Assembly: GCA_050011475.1 (NCBI GenBank)
Contig: JBEKJA010000001.1
Coordinates: 1 to 26,565, forward strand
From: Syntrophales bacterium
Lineage (GTDB): Bacteria; Desulfobacterota; Syntrophia; Syntrophales; JBEKJA01
Length of the DNA: 26,565 nucleotides
Reading direction: 5' to 3'
Numbering within the stretch: position 1 is the first letter of the stretch; each line of letters opens with the position of its first letter. The translations under genes were made by a program, and so were the position numbers. This document shows positions 18,685 through 26,565 of this stretch, piece after piece. The notes under the pieces are model-generated. The model did not search any database, had not been told where the DNA came from, and saw only the letters and a program-made list of their open reading frames with translations.

Positions 18685-19778
18685 CGCTTTACCTCCTGAC
18701 GGTCCGGCCCCACGGCGACTGTGTCATATTTCATAGGCTGGAAGTCATCATGCTTGTTCCGGTCCGGTACGGCTGCATCAAGGCCACACATCTCCGAGGA
18801 GAAAACGAACAGGCCCGACTTCCCCCCCACAATGCCGGGACGCAGTTTTTTGCTGTCCTGAACCATGAATAGCGTTCTGTCCGGCAGGCAGCCCATGACA
18901 CAGTTCGGGCCATCCACTATTAGGGGCCGACAGCTTTGTTTCAACAGTTTCAACCAACGGCCGTCGGGGTGTTGAGTCAGTTCCTCATCCTTCAAAGGTG
19001 TAATGATATGCTTATACATATCCACTCCAAGCTTGAGATGATTCATACTGTAGTGAAGGATATGGGTAAAAACCTCGGAATCGGATTGATACCCGCTATA
19101 GCCTACGCAGTTTCTGGATGTCAGGAACTCACGGATGGGGACAAAGGCAGTGTTTTCTCCATTGGTCATGGTGGAAATCCCTTCAATAAAGAAAGGATGA
19201 CAGGCATAAATGTTGATGGCATAGTTTGTATTCTGGCGGCCTTGAGCCAGCATGATGCGCGCCTGCAAATCTGGACGGTCCAGATGCAGATAAGAGCTGA
19301 TGGTAAGGGGATCTCCCACCTCCTTGATCATAATAACGTCCGGCCAGAAACTGAAAAGAATCATGCAGTTATCAACCTCGCCCCGTTTTCTGAGGGCGAC
19401 ACGGGTCTGCATAAGCCTGTCACCTTTTTCCGCAATGCTGATATCATTCCAGGATTCCGGATAGTCGTAAACGCGGATCAGGTAAAAATCTCGCTTGGGT
19501 GTCCCCGGAGGGGGGTCCTCGGACGGGTGTATGGACATTTCATATCGTACGGGGAAGCCTTGCTCCGACATAAAACGGTCAAGTACCACAATACCGTCCT
19601 CACAAAAAATTCCCGAGAGAATCGGAAGGCCTTTGAAGTTTTGAAAATCCCCGCCGAGATCAGCCATGAGCAAACCTATTCCTGAACCATCATGCCCTTC
19701 TTTCATGACATTAAGCGCATGGATGGCCATCATGGGTGACCGGGGTTCCTCACTGGTAATAGCTATTAATCGACACAT
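18648..19778 (-). CDS. Class II (Ntn) glutamine amidotransferase subunit of a split glutamate synthase (GltB1 type)
   Basis: N-terminal MCRL (catalytic Cys2), GHDGSGIG, QGRQNTN, ACHPF, NGEN, DSEV, DGP and KLRPG...SSEMCGL. Overlaps gltB2 by 37 nt. Alternative ATG at 19787. Confidence 0.88.
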   Translation of the reverse strand: MCRLIAITSEEPRSPMMAIHALNVMKEGHDGSGIGLLMADLGGDFQNFKGLPILSGIFCEDGIVVLDRFMSEQGFPVRYEMSIHPSEDPPPGTPKRDFYLIRVYDYPESWNDISIAEKGDRLMQTRVALRKRGEVDNCMILFSFWPDVIMIKEVGDPLTISSYLHLDRPDLQARIMLAQGRQNTNYAINIYACHPFFIEGISTMTNGENTAFVPIREFLTSRNCVGYSGYQSDSEVFTHILHYSMNHLKLGVDMYKHIITPLKDEELTQHPDGRWLKLLKQSCRPLIVDGPNCVMGCLPDRTLFMVQDSKKLRPGIVGGKSGLFVFSSEMCGLDAAVPDRNKHDDFQPMKYDTVAVGPDRQEVKRWNQWEPLHHPH

Positions 19779-19820
19779 ATGTTCCATTTGCTCCTTAAAT
19801 CACCAAACATCATTTAATAA

Positions 19821-19836
19821 TGCCAAAAATGTGCCA
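19821..19836 (-). promoter_or_regulatory. Sigma54 (-24/-12) promoter of the glt block
   Basis: The minus strand reads TGGCACATTTTTGGCA, with GG at positions 2-3 and GC at 14-15, the exact consensus spacing (TGGCAC-N5-TTGCW, one mismatch at the TT). SD AAGGAG lies at 19791-19796, and a bEBP gene is adjacent. Confidence 0.8.
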
Positions 19837-19918
19837 CAATAACAATAGATGATATCTGTCCATAACATACCGATATTACTATTGAAGTATTGAATCCAGG
19901 GAGATTAAACTGGAAAAG

Positions 19919-19940
19919 GATAAACAATTTTGTACTTATC
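19919..19940. promoter_or_regulatory. Candidate upstream activator site for the NifA-like protein
   Basis: Imperfect palindrome GATAA-ACAATTTTGT-AC-TTATC centred about 95 bp upstream of the -24 box. It contains TACAAAATTG (minus strand 19925-19934), which recurs at 21579-21588. Confidence 0.45.
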
Positions 19941-19957
19941 TATTCATGATCAGACAT

Positions 19958-21505
19958 TTATGTGTTGTTAGCCGGTTCAGTTTTCCTTCTACGGAACTGC
20001 CGGGTATCAATGCCGAGCTTGTGAATCTTATACTGAACGATTCGCTTGGTCGTTCCAAGATGCCTGGCGGCCTGACTCTGATTACCTTTTGTTTCCTTCA
20101 GGGCATCGATGATGAGGGCTCGCTCCTGAGCTTCGAGAATGGCACCGAATTTCCCGATTTCCTTTCGCTCCGCCTCTCGAGTCTTGGGATGCAGCGATGG
20201 GGGTAAATGAATGGGCTCGATAACATCCCCTGTTGTCATAAGTACGGCACGCTCCATACTATTCTCCAATTCGCGCACATTGCCGGGCCAGTGATGGGAG
20301 AGAAGTATATCGAGCACGGAAGGAGAAATTCTGTTCACCTGTTTCCCAAGCTCCTTCGAATATTTCATAACAAAATGATCTGCCAGTAATATAATATCGC
20401 TTCCTCGATCCCGCAAGGGGGGGACATAAAGAGGAAAGACATTCAACCGATAGAAGAGATCCGTGCGAAATCTGCCCGAGGCCACATCCTCTTCGAGATT
20501 TCGATTTGTTGCTGCAATGATCCTGACGTTAACCGTAATAATCTTGGATGATCCCAAAGGCTGAAACTGTTTCTCCTGCAAAACCCGGAGGACCTTGGCC
20601 TGGGCAGCCGCAGAAAGTTCCCCGACCTCGTCCAGAAAAATTGTACCTCCATGGGCTTCCTCGAACCGTCCACGCCGATGGTGGGTGGCACCGGTGAAGG
20701 CGCCTTTTTCATGGCCAAACAGCTCACTTTCAATCAAGGTGTCGGGCATCGCCGCACAGTTCACTTCGATAAAGGGGGCATCCTTCCGGGAGCTATTGAG
20801 GTGAATGGCCCGGGCGACCAACTCCTTTCCTGTTCCTGTTTCTCCATGAATCAAGGCGGTGGTGTTCGTATCCGCAACCTGGGCAATTAATCCAAAAATT
20901 TCCTGAATGGCGTTTGAATGGCCGATTATCTCCGTTGTCGGCACATATGAGCGGCCTATGATATCACGAAGCCGCCGATTTTCTTCTTCCAGAGCCCTTA
21001 TGTGCACAGCCTTGGCAATCAACTCGGCAACGGATGACAGCATATTGAGCTCACGATCAAGATTCTGCACGTCGTGGGTAGACTTATCCGCAGAGAGGAC
21101 ACCGACAACCCGCTCAGCATAGATAATGGGTACGCATAGGAACGCCAGCTCCGAGCGATTCATGAAGCGGCGTGCGCCTGTGCGGTCCAGAAAGTGAATT
21201 TCCTGGTCCAGATTTGCTATGGCCATGGGTCTTCCGGTCTGGGCCACTTTTCCTGTGATTCCCTCTCCCGGTTTATATGTGACACCCAATCCCTCGATGT
21301 TCACTTCATGGGCGACATCAAGCCAGGCTTCCCCCTTGTCACGGTCAATAAGAGATATCATTCCCCGCTGCATCCCCAAACCCTTACTCATCTCCTGAAG
21401 GACACGTGATAATTCCTCTTTTAATTCACTTGGTTGGGCGAGGATTTTCGCAATGGCATGCAGCGCTGCCAATTCTTCATAATTGTAAGGAGTTATTTCC
21501 TGCAT
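19958..21505 (-). CDS. Sigma54-dependent enhancer-binding protein, GAF-AAA+-Fis HTH architecture (NifA-like)
   Basis: GAF region [14 protein letters not shown], Walker [24 protein letters not shown], Walker [23 protein letters not shown] and [14 protein letters not shown]. There is no receiver domain. Confidence 0.93.
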   Translation of the reverse strand: MQEITPYNYEELAALHAIAKILAQPSELKEELSRVLQEMSKGLGMQRGMISLIDRDKGEAWLDVAHEVNIEGLGVTYKPGEGITGKVAQTGRPMAIANLDQEIHFLDRTGARRFMNRSELAFLCVPIIYAERVVGVLSADKSTHDVQNLDRELNMLSSVAELIAKAVHIRALEEENRRLRDIIGRSYVPTTEIIGHSNAIQEIFGLIAQVADTNTTALIHGETGTGKELVARAIHLNSSRKDAPFIEVNCAAMPDTLIESELFGHEKGAFTGATHHRRGRFEEAHGGTIFLDEVGELSAAAQAKVLRVLQEKQFQPLGSSKIITVNVRIIAATNRNLEEDVASGRFRTDLFYRLNVFPLYVPPLRDRGSDIILLADHFVMKYSKELGKQVNRISPSVLDILLSHHWPGNVRELENSMERAVLMTTGDVIEPIHLPPSLHPKTREAERKEIGKFGAILEAQERALIIDALKETKGNQSQAARHLGTTKRIVQYKIHKLGIDTRQFRRRKTEPANNT

Positions 21506-21554
21506 ATCAAATTTACCTATCGAAGATACGATCCTATGTGAAAAATTCCTATAT

Positions 21555-21583
21555 ATTTTACTGTATTACATGATTTGATACAA
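21555..21583 (-). promoter_or_regulatory. Sigma70-type promoter of the NifA-like gene
   Basis: The minus strand reads TTGTAT(21578-21583)-17 nt-TAAAAT(21555-21560), about 50 nt upstream of the ATG, in an AT-rich spacer. Confidence 0.55.
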
Positions 21584-21600
21584 AATTGCAACAAATTTGT
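21579..21600. promoter_or_regulatory. Tandem ACAAWWTTG(T/C) boxes overlapping the regulator's -35 element
   Basis: ACAAAATTGC(21580-21589) and the perfect palindrome ACAAATTTGT(21591-21600) are 11 bp apart, about one helical turn. Confidence 0.45.
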
Positions 21601-21647
21601 CCGGCATGGATAAGGATAAAATTATGGAGGGACCTATCTGAAATATT

Positions 21648-23516
21648 TTACGATTCAGTCACTTTTTTTATCATGATAAGGATCGCCGACAGGGCAGCCT
21701 GGGTCATCCCCGGGATACGCCAGGCCTGGCCAATAGTTGCCGGTTCCACTCGCGTCAGCTTCCCCTTGAGCTCATTCGACAGCCCGGGGATGGCATGGTA
21801 ATCGAAGCCCGGAGGAATCCGTTTTTTCTCCATTTCCTTGAGTTTTCTAACAGATTCATACTGACGGCGGATGTATCCGTCGTACTTTGCCTCGATTTCG
21901 ATTTCTTTCTTCACCCAGGGATCAGCGATGGGTATCCAGCCATCGAGGGGCTTGAGACTATCGTAGGTCATACCGTCCCGCTTCAGCAGATCATAAAGCG
22001 TTACGGGATTCCGAATTGGATTTATCCCTATTTTTTCAAGGGATTGATTGATTTCCGCTATGGGATATACCTTTATGGCCGACAGCCGATCGATACCCTC
22101 TTTTATCTGACGAATCCTATCCTGAACGGATGTATTGGTTGCCTGTGATATCAAGCCAAGTTCATAGCCCTTTTCCGCAAGGCGGATCATGGCATTGTCT
22201 TCACGGAGGATAAGCCGGTACTCCGCCCGTGAGGTAAACATACGATAGGGCTCATCCACTCCAAGCGTCACCAGATCATCTATCATGACTCCGATGTAGG
22301 CTTCAGAACGGTCCAGAATAAACGGGGACTTTTCCTGAATGGCGAGGGCAGCGTTGATTCCTGCCCAGAGACCCTGGGCAGCCGCCTCCTCGTACCCGGA
22401 TGTTCCGTTGATCTGACCGGCAAGATACAGTCCCGATATCATTTTTGTTTCAAGGGTATGGCGCAGTTGGGTCGGATGAACGAAATCATACTCAATGGCA
22501 TAGGCGGGACGCATGATTTCCGCGCATTCCAGACCGGGAACACTATGGACAATCTTTTCCTGGATTTCAAGGGGAAGGCAGTTGCCGAGGCCTTTGGCAT
22601 AAATCTCTTCCGTCTCCAGCCCTTCGTACTCAAGTGTCACAGGATGGCTTTCCCGTTGGGAGAAGCGCATGACCTTGTCTTCCAAGGAAGGGCAGTAGCG
22701 GGCTCCTATCCCCTGAATAGCTCCTGAGTAAAGGGGGGACAGACTGATATTATCCCTGATCAAACGGTGGGTCTCTTTCGTTGTTCCGGTGAAGAAAGAA
22801 GGCAGCTTTTCTTGTCGAAGGCTTTGTGTGGCGTATGAAAAGGGTTGCGGATCCGGATCACTATCCTGACGAACAAGGTGTGCAAAATCAATAGTATTTG
22901 CTCTGAGCCGGGGTGGAGTGCCGGTCTTCATTCTTCCCATTTCAAAACCAAGGATTTTCAAACATTCCGACAGTTCAATGGCGGCCATCTCTCCGGCCCG
23001 GCCACCCTTCTGGCGTGCGGAGCCTATATGGATCAGGCCGTTGAGAAACGTTCCAGTGGTGAGAATGACGGCTTTGCTGCCATAAAACACCCCTGTCTGG
23101 TCTTCCACACCTGCAACCCACCCCCGATGAACGATAAGGCGCGTAATGAGAGCCTGCCTGAGATGAAGGTTTTGCTCTTTCTCCAAAACTGTTTTCATGG
23201 CCAGGCGATAGAGTTGCTTATCGCACTGGACACGGGAAGATTGGACGGCGGGTCCTTTGGAAGCGTTCAATGTTCGGAAGTGAACGGCCGTTTTATCAGC
23301 AATCTTTCCCATTTCTCCACCCAGCGCGTCCACTTCCTTGACAAGCTGTCCTTTGGCAAGGCCACCGATGGCGGGATTGCAGGACATCAGTGCCATGGCG
23401 TCGAGATTTATATTGAACATCAGCGTTTTGCAACCCATCCGAGCTGCAGCAAGCGCTGCCTCGCAGCCCGCATGCCCTCCACCTACGACGACGATGTCAT
23501 AATCACTATAAACCAT
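21648..23516 (-). CDS. mnmG: tRNA uridine-5-carboxymethylaminomethyl(34) synthesis enzyme MnmG (GidA)
   Basis: Motifs [61 protein letters not shown] and [10 protein letters not shown]. Confidence 0.98.
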   Translation of the reverse strand: MVYSDYDIVVVGGGHAGCEAALAAARMGCKTLMFNINLDAMALMSCNPAIGGLAKGQLVKEVDALGGEMGKIADKTAVHFRTLNASKGPAVQSSRVQCDKQLYRLAMKTVLEKEQNLHLRQALITRLIVHRGWVAGVEDQTGVFYGSKAVILTTGTFLNGLIHIGSARQKGGRAGEMAAIELSECLKILGFEMGRMKTGTPPRLRANTIDFAHLVRQDSDPDPQPFSYATQSLRQEKLPSFFTGTTKETHRLIRDNISLSPLYSGAIQGIGARYCPSLEDKVMRFSQRESHPVTLEYEGLETEEIYAKGLGNCLPLEIQEKIVHSVPGLECAEIMRPAYAIEYDFVHPTQLRHTLETKMISGLYLAGQINGTSGYEEAAAQGLWAGINAALAIQEKSPFILDRSEAYIGVMIDDLVTLGVDEPYRMFTSRAEYRLILREDNAMIRLAEKGYELGLISQATNTSVQDRIRQIKEGIDRLSAIKVYPIAEINQSLEKIGINPIRNPVTLYDLLKRDGMTYDSLKPLDGWIPIADPWVKKEIEIEAKYDGYIRRQYESVRKLKEMEKKRIPPGFDYHAIPGLSNELKGKLTRVEPATIGQAWRIPGMTQAALSAILIMIKKVTES

Positions 23517-23538
23517 TTTTTATTGCCACCGGAAATCC

Positions 23539-23567
23539 TTGCAGTCTGAACGGCAATACAATAACAT
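23539..23567 (+). promoter_or_regulatory. Possible sigma70 promoter for the radical SAM gene
   Basis: TTGCAG(23539-23544)-17 nt-TAACAT(23562-23567). Confidence 0.35.
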
Positions 23568-23600
23568 CCCGTTCAAAATTACAACTGGAAAAGAGCATTT

Positions 23601-24551
23601 GTGACCAAGCCGTTTTTCTGGAAAAACGATAAGAGATACTACGATCTGAAAAGCTACTGGCGAAATCGTTATGGCTGCCTGGTGTACAAGCTTCCCATCG
23701 ATGCGGGGTTCACCTGTCCCAACAGGGATGGCACAGCGGGCATCGGGGGATGCATATATTGTGATGGCCGCGGATCGAGGCTGCGTCAGGCAGATCCGTT
23801 GCCATCCGTGTCCGATCAGATCCTGAGCGGACAGGCTTTCTACCGACAGCACCGCAAGGCGGGGAAATTCATCGCATATTTTCAAACGTTTACGAATACT
23901 TACGGCCCAGTGGACAAACTGAGAATCCTTTACAACGAGGCCCTTGCCCATGAAAATGTGATCGGACTCTCCGTCGGAACAAGACCCGATTGCGTTCCAG
24001 ATACGGTTCTTGATCTTCTGGCTTCTTATGTTCCAAATCAGCATGTGTGGCTAGAATTGGGACTTCAAAGCATTCATAACAGAACATTATCCCTGATTAA
24101 TAGGGGCCATGATGCCTCGGCTTTCTTTGATGCCGTACAGCGGGCGGTTCAAAGAAATCTTCTGGTCTGTGTCCATATCATTGTCGGCCTTCCCGGTGAA
24201 ACGCGGGAAGATATCCTTGAGACGGCCAGAGCCCTGGCGGAGCTTCCCATTCATGGCATCAAAATCCATTCCCTGCTGGTCCTTAGTGGCACAACCCTCG
24301 CGACAGCGTGTGCGGACGGCTGGGTCCGATTGATGAACAGGGATGATTATGTGGAAACGGTTTGTGATATCCTCGAAATTCTTCCACCGGAAATAGTAAT
24401 CCAACGCCTGACGGCGGAGGGTTATCAGGATATTTTTGTCGCCCCGGAATGGGCCAGGGCTAAGATTTCCGTTCTAAACGCGATTCATCAGGAACTGGTC
24501 AGGCGTGGTAGTTATCAGGGCTTTCGTTATCTGTCCGGGTATTCGAATTGA
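23601..24551 (+). CDS. Radical SAM protein, TIGR01212 / YhcC / YtqA(MnmL) family
   Basis: Motifs DAGFTCPNRDG..G.GGCIYC, YFQTFTNTYG, GLSVGTRPDCV, ELGLQS, INRGH, HIIVGLPGE, GIKIH and VIQRLT; GTG start. Confidence 0.88.
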   Translation: MTKPFFWKNDKRYYDLKSYWRNRYGCLVYKLPIDAGFTCPNRDGTAGIGGCIYCDGRGSRLRQADPLPSVSDQILSGQAFYRQHRKAGKFIAYFQTFTNTYGPVDKLRILYNEALAHENVIGLSVGTRPDCVPDTVLDLLASYVPNQHVWLELGLQSIHNRTLSLINRGHDASAFFDAVQRAVQRNLLVCVHIIVGLPGETREDILETARALAELPIHGIKIHSLLVLSGTTLATACADGWVRLMNRDDYVETVCDILEILPPEIVIQRLTAEGYQDIFVAPEWARAKISVLNAIHQELVRRGSYQGFRYLSGYSN

Positions 24552-24566
24552 TTTTATATAAAAGTA

Positions 24567-24594
24567 TTGCATGAATTTTGCTTACGATTATAAT
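24567..24594 (+). promoter_or_regulatory. Sigma70 promoter for hisH-hisF
   Basis: TTGCAT(24567-24572)-16 nt-TATAAT(24589-24594), a perfect -10 in an AT-rich spacer. Confidence 0.55.
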
Positions 24595-24626
24595 AATAGG
24601 ATTTATTGTGAAGGCGGAACAAATTT

Positions 24627-25262
24627 ATGATTGGGATCATAGACTATAAAGCGGGGAACCTGACCAGTGTGGCCAGGGCGCTCCAATATATCAAGCAACC
24701 ATTCGAAATAACGAATAAAACGGATAGACTTGTTGAAATGACCCATGTGATTTTTCCAGGTGTGGGTGCCGCTGGAGAAGCCATGGAGAACCTTCGCCGG
24801 ACGGGATTGGGAAAGTTTTTGAAACACTGGATTCAGGCGGGCAAACCCCTGATGGGTATCTGCCTAGGCACCCAGGTTATTTTTGAATACAGCGAAGAGA
24901 ATGACACGCCATGCCTGGGTATTGTGCCTGGATCGGTCCGGCGCTTTCCTGATGGTTTGAAAAGGGGGAAACAGCCCCTGAAGATCCCTCACATGGGTTG
25001 GAACGAAGTGGTTTTCATGATAGGCCACCCTGTTTTCGATGGTATCCCGAAAGGAGCGGAGTTCTATTTCGTCCATGGATATTACCCCGCTCCTGCCGAT
25101 GAAACCTGGGTTGCAGGGCGGACGGAGTATGGCATATCTTTTTGTTCCGCAATAGCCCATGGCAGTCTTGTAGCCACTCAATTCCACCCCGAAAAGAGCG
25201 GCCGTGCGGGTCTGAAGATCCTGGAAAATTTCTGCAGCTGGAGAGGATCCCATGCTCAGTAA
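24627..25262 (+). CDS. hisH: Imidazole glycerol phosphate synthase glutaminase subunit
   Basis: Motifs [37 protein letters not shown] and QFHPEKSG. Confidence 0.96.
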   Translation: MIGIIDYKAGNLTSVARALQYIKQPFEITNKTDRLVEMTHVIFPGVGAAGEAMENLRRTGLGKFLKHWIQAGKPLMGICLGTQVIFEYSEENDTPCLGIVPGSVRRFPDGLKRGKQPLKIPHMGWNEVVFMIGHPVFDGIPKGAEFYFVHGYYPAPADETWVAGRTEYGISFCSAIAHGSLVATQFHPEKSGRAGLKILENFCSWRGSHAQ

Positions 25263-26031
25263 GCGAATCATTCCATGCCTGGATGTTCGGGCTGGCAAGC
25301 TCACCAAGGGAATCAAGTTTGTTGGCAATATTGATATCGGGGATCCAGTGGAAGCGGCGAGAACTTATTACGAGCAGGGTGCTGATGAAATCGTCTTTTA
25401 TGATATAACCGCATCGGCGGAGGCGCGGGATATCATGATTGATGTCGTTCGTCGTGTAGCGGAAACAATTTTTATTCCGTTTTCCGTCGGGTGTGGAATC
25501 CGGAATGTGGAAGATATGCGCCAGGTGATCCTTGCGGGAGCGGAAAAGATAAGTGTCAATTCGGAAGCGGTAAAGAATCCCGTGATCATCTCTGAAGGGG
25601 CAAAAGCTTTTGGCAGCCAATGTGTCGTACTGGGCATGGATGTTAAACGGGTTGATCGGACGGAAAAGACGCCATCGGGATATGGAATCGTGATCCATGG
25701 GGGTCGGCTCTACACGGGGATGGATGCCCTGTGGTGGGCCAGGGAAGCAGAGCGTCTGGGTGCAGGGGAAATTTGTCTTAATTCAATTGATGCCGATGGA
25801 ACCCAGGATGGTTATGAGCTTGAGCTGACCCGCCTGATATCCACCAATGTGAAGATTCCTGTCATAGCATCAGGTGGAGCAGGCAAGCCGGAGCATCTTT
25901 ATGAAGTTCTCACACAGGGAGTAGCCGATGCAGCCTTGATAGCTTCCATGGTTCATTATCGGACATATTCAATCGGCGATATCAAGGATTATCTTCATGG
26001 CAGGGGGGTAAAGGTACGAACATTCTGGTAG
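25252..26031 (+). CDS. hisF: Imidazole glycerol phosphate synthase cyclase subunit
   Basis: Motifs [49 protein letters not shown] and PVIASGGAG. Overlaps hisH by 11 nt. Confidence 0.96.
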   Translation: MLSKRIIPCLDVRAGKLTKGIKFVGNIDIGDPVEAARTYYEQGADEIVFYDITASAEARDIMIDVVRRVAETIFIPFSVGCGIRNVEDMRQVILAGAEKISVNSEAVKNPVIISEGAKAFGSQCVVLGMDVKRVDRTEKTPSGYGIVIHGGRLYTGMDALWWAREAERLGAGEICLNSIDADGTQDGYELELTRLISTNVKIPVIASGGAGKPEHLYEVLTQGVADAALIASMVHYRTYSIGDIKDYLHGRGVKVRTFW

Positions 26032-26063
26032 CAGTATCAACGAACCGGATTCTCGGATGAGTC

Positions 26064-26092
26064 TTGACGGGGAGCGGGGTTTGGCGTAGTGT
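26064..26092 (+). promoter_or_regulatory. Possible sigma70 promoter for pdxS
   Basis: TTGACG(26064-26069)-17 nt-TAGTGT(26087-26092), with SD AGGAGG at 26152-26157. Confidence 0.45.
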
Positions 26093-26166
26093 AATTAGAG
26101 ATGCAATCCGGAAATAAGGGACAAAGTGAATAGTATGCAACGGGAAGCAAAAGGAGGAGATGAAAA

Positions 26167-26565
26167 GTGGATATTACAAAAAGACACGAATTGAATATAC
26201 AACTGGCGCAAATGCTCAAAGGCGGCGTCATTATGGATGTGACGAACGTCGAGCAGGCTAAAATCGCTGAAGAGGCGGGAGCCATTGCAGTCATGGCATT
26301 GGAGCGGGTACCGGCGGATATAAGGAAAGACGGCGGCGTAGCGAGAATGTCGGATCCCTCCATGATTGCGGCGATCAAGAAAGCCGTTTCCATTCCGGTC
26401 ATGGCGAAGGCCCGTATCGGCCATTTTGTGGAAGCGCAGATCCTTGAGGCCCTGAAAATCGACTATATCGATGAGAGTGAAGTTCTCACGCCAGCCGATG
26501 AAGAATGCCATATTGACAAGACAAAGTTTTCTATTCCCTTTGTCTGTGGAGCCCGGAATCTCGGC
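26167..26565 (+). CDS. pdxS: Pyridoxal 5'-phosphate synthase lyase subunit PdxS, 3'-truncated (absent from the ORF track)
   Basis: Manual translation from GTG 26167 gives [64 protein letters not shown]...[18 protein letters not shown]...[11 protein letters not shown]...[10 protein letters not shown], open to the window end. SD AGGAGG is 9 nt upstream. Confidence 0.96.
   Translation, partial: MDITKRHELNIQLAQMLKGGVIMDVTNVEQAKIAEEAGAIAVMALERVPADIRKDGGVARMSDPSMIAAIKKAVSIPVMAKARIGHFVEAQILEALKIDYIDESEVLTPADEECHIDKTKFSIPFVCGARNLG

Noticed and set aside
19830-19844. TGT-N9-ACA as a canonical NifA binding site, and calling the regulator nifA
   Set aside because: The spacing is 9 rather than 10, it overlaps the sigma54 promoter itself, and no nif genes are present, so no gene symbol was assigned.
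21608-21619. TTATCC-TTATCC (minus strand) near mnmG/gidA suggesting DnaA boxes or oriC
   Set aside because: There is no full TTATCCACA box, the spacer is short and downstream of mnmG, and no dnaA/parAB context is present.
18936-25698. Other long shadow ORFs (18936-19685 +, 22845-23549 +, 25015-25698 -) and the many short alternative-frame ORFs in the track
   Set aside because: All overlap well-supported genes in another frame or strand and lack domain motifs.
26160-26261. 33-aa out-of-frame ORF (MKSGYYKK...) starting just after the pdxS SD
   Set aside because: The ATG is only 2 nt from AGGAGG, too close for initiation. GTG 26167 has normal spacing.
1-26565. tRNA/rRNA genes, CRISPR arrays, IS elements, frameshifts or Sec/Pyl readthrough
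   Set aside because: No intergenic space or repeat pattern fits, and all complete genes reach family-typical lengths without internal stops. This was checked by eye only.

Overview
This is a gene-dense core-metabolism window, probably from an anaerobic Desulfobacterota (Syntrophales-like) bacterium; the taxon is inferred from gene content only. From left to right on the + strand: a 5'-truncated ampG-like permease, murU-like and amgK-like genes (peptidoglycan-recycling shortcut), then bioA-bioB. These converge, across a REP-like palindrome, on a 14.4-kb minus-strand block: gltB1-gltB2-gltB3::gltD-like (split glutamate synthase), carA, guaA, carB, purF, bioF, bioD. The block is headed by a correctly spaced sigma54 promoter and a GAF-AAA+-HTH (NifA-like) activator gene. 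Next come mnmG (-), a divergent TIGR01212/YhcC-family radical SAM gene, hisH-hisF, and a 3'-truncated pdxS that the ORF track missed. The best lead is a possible 'glutamine hub': five identifiable glutamine-amidotransferase systems plus PdxS (whose glutaminase PdxT lies outside the window, if present) in 26 kb. It may be wired to a NifA-like regulator whose candidate operator (TACAAAATTG) occurs both upstream of the sigma54 promoter and over the regulator's own -35 box. I saw no tRNA, rRNA, CRISPR array or mobile element. All product calls come from motif recognition, not database searches.
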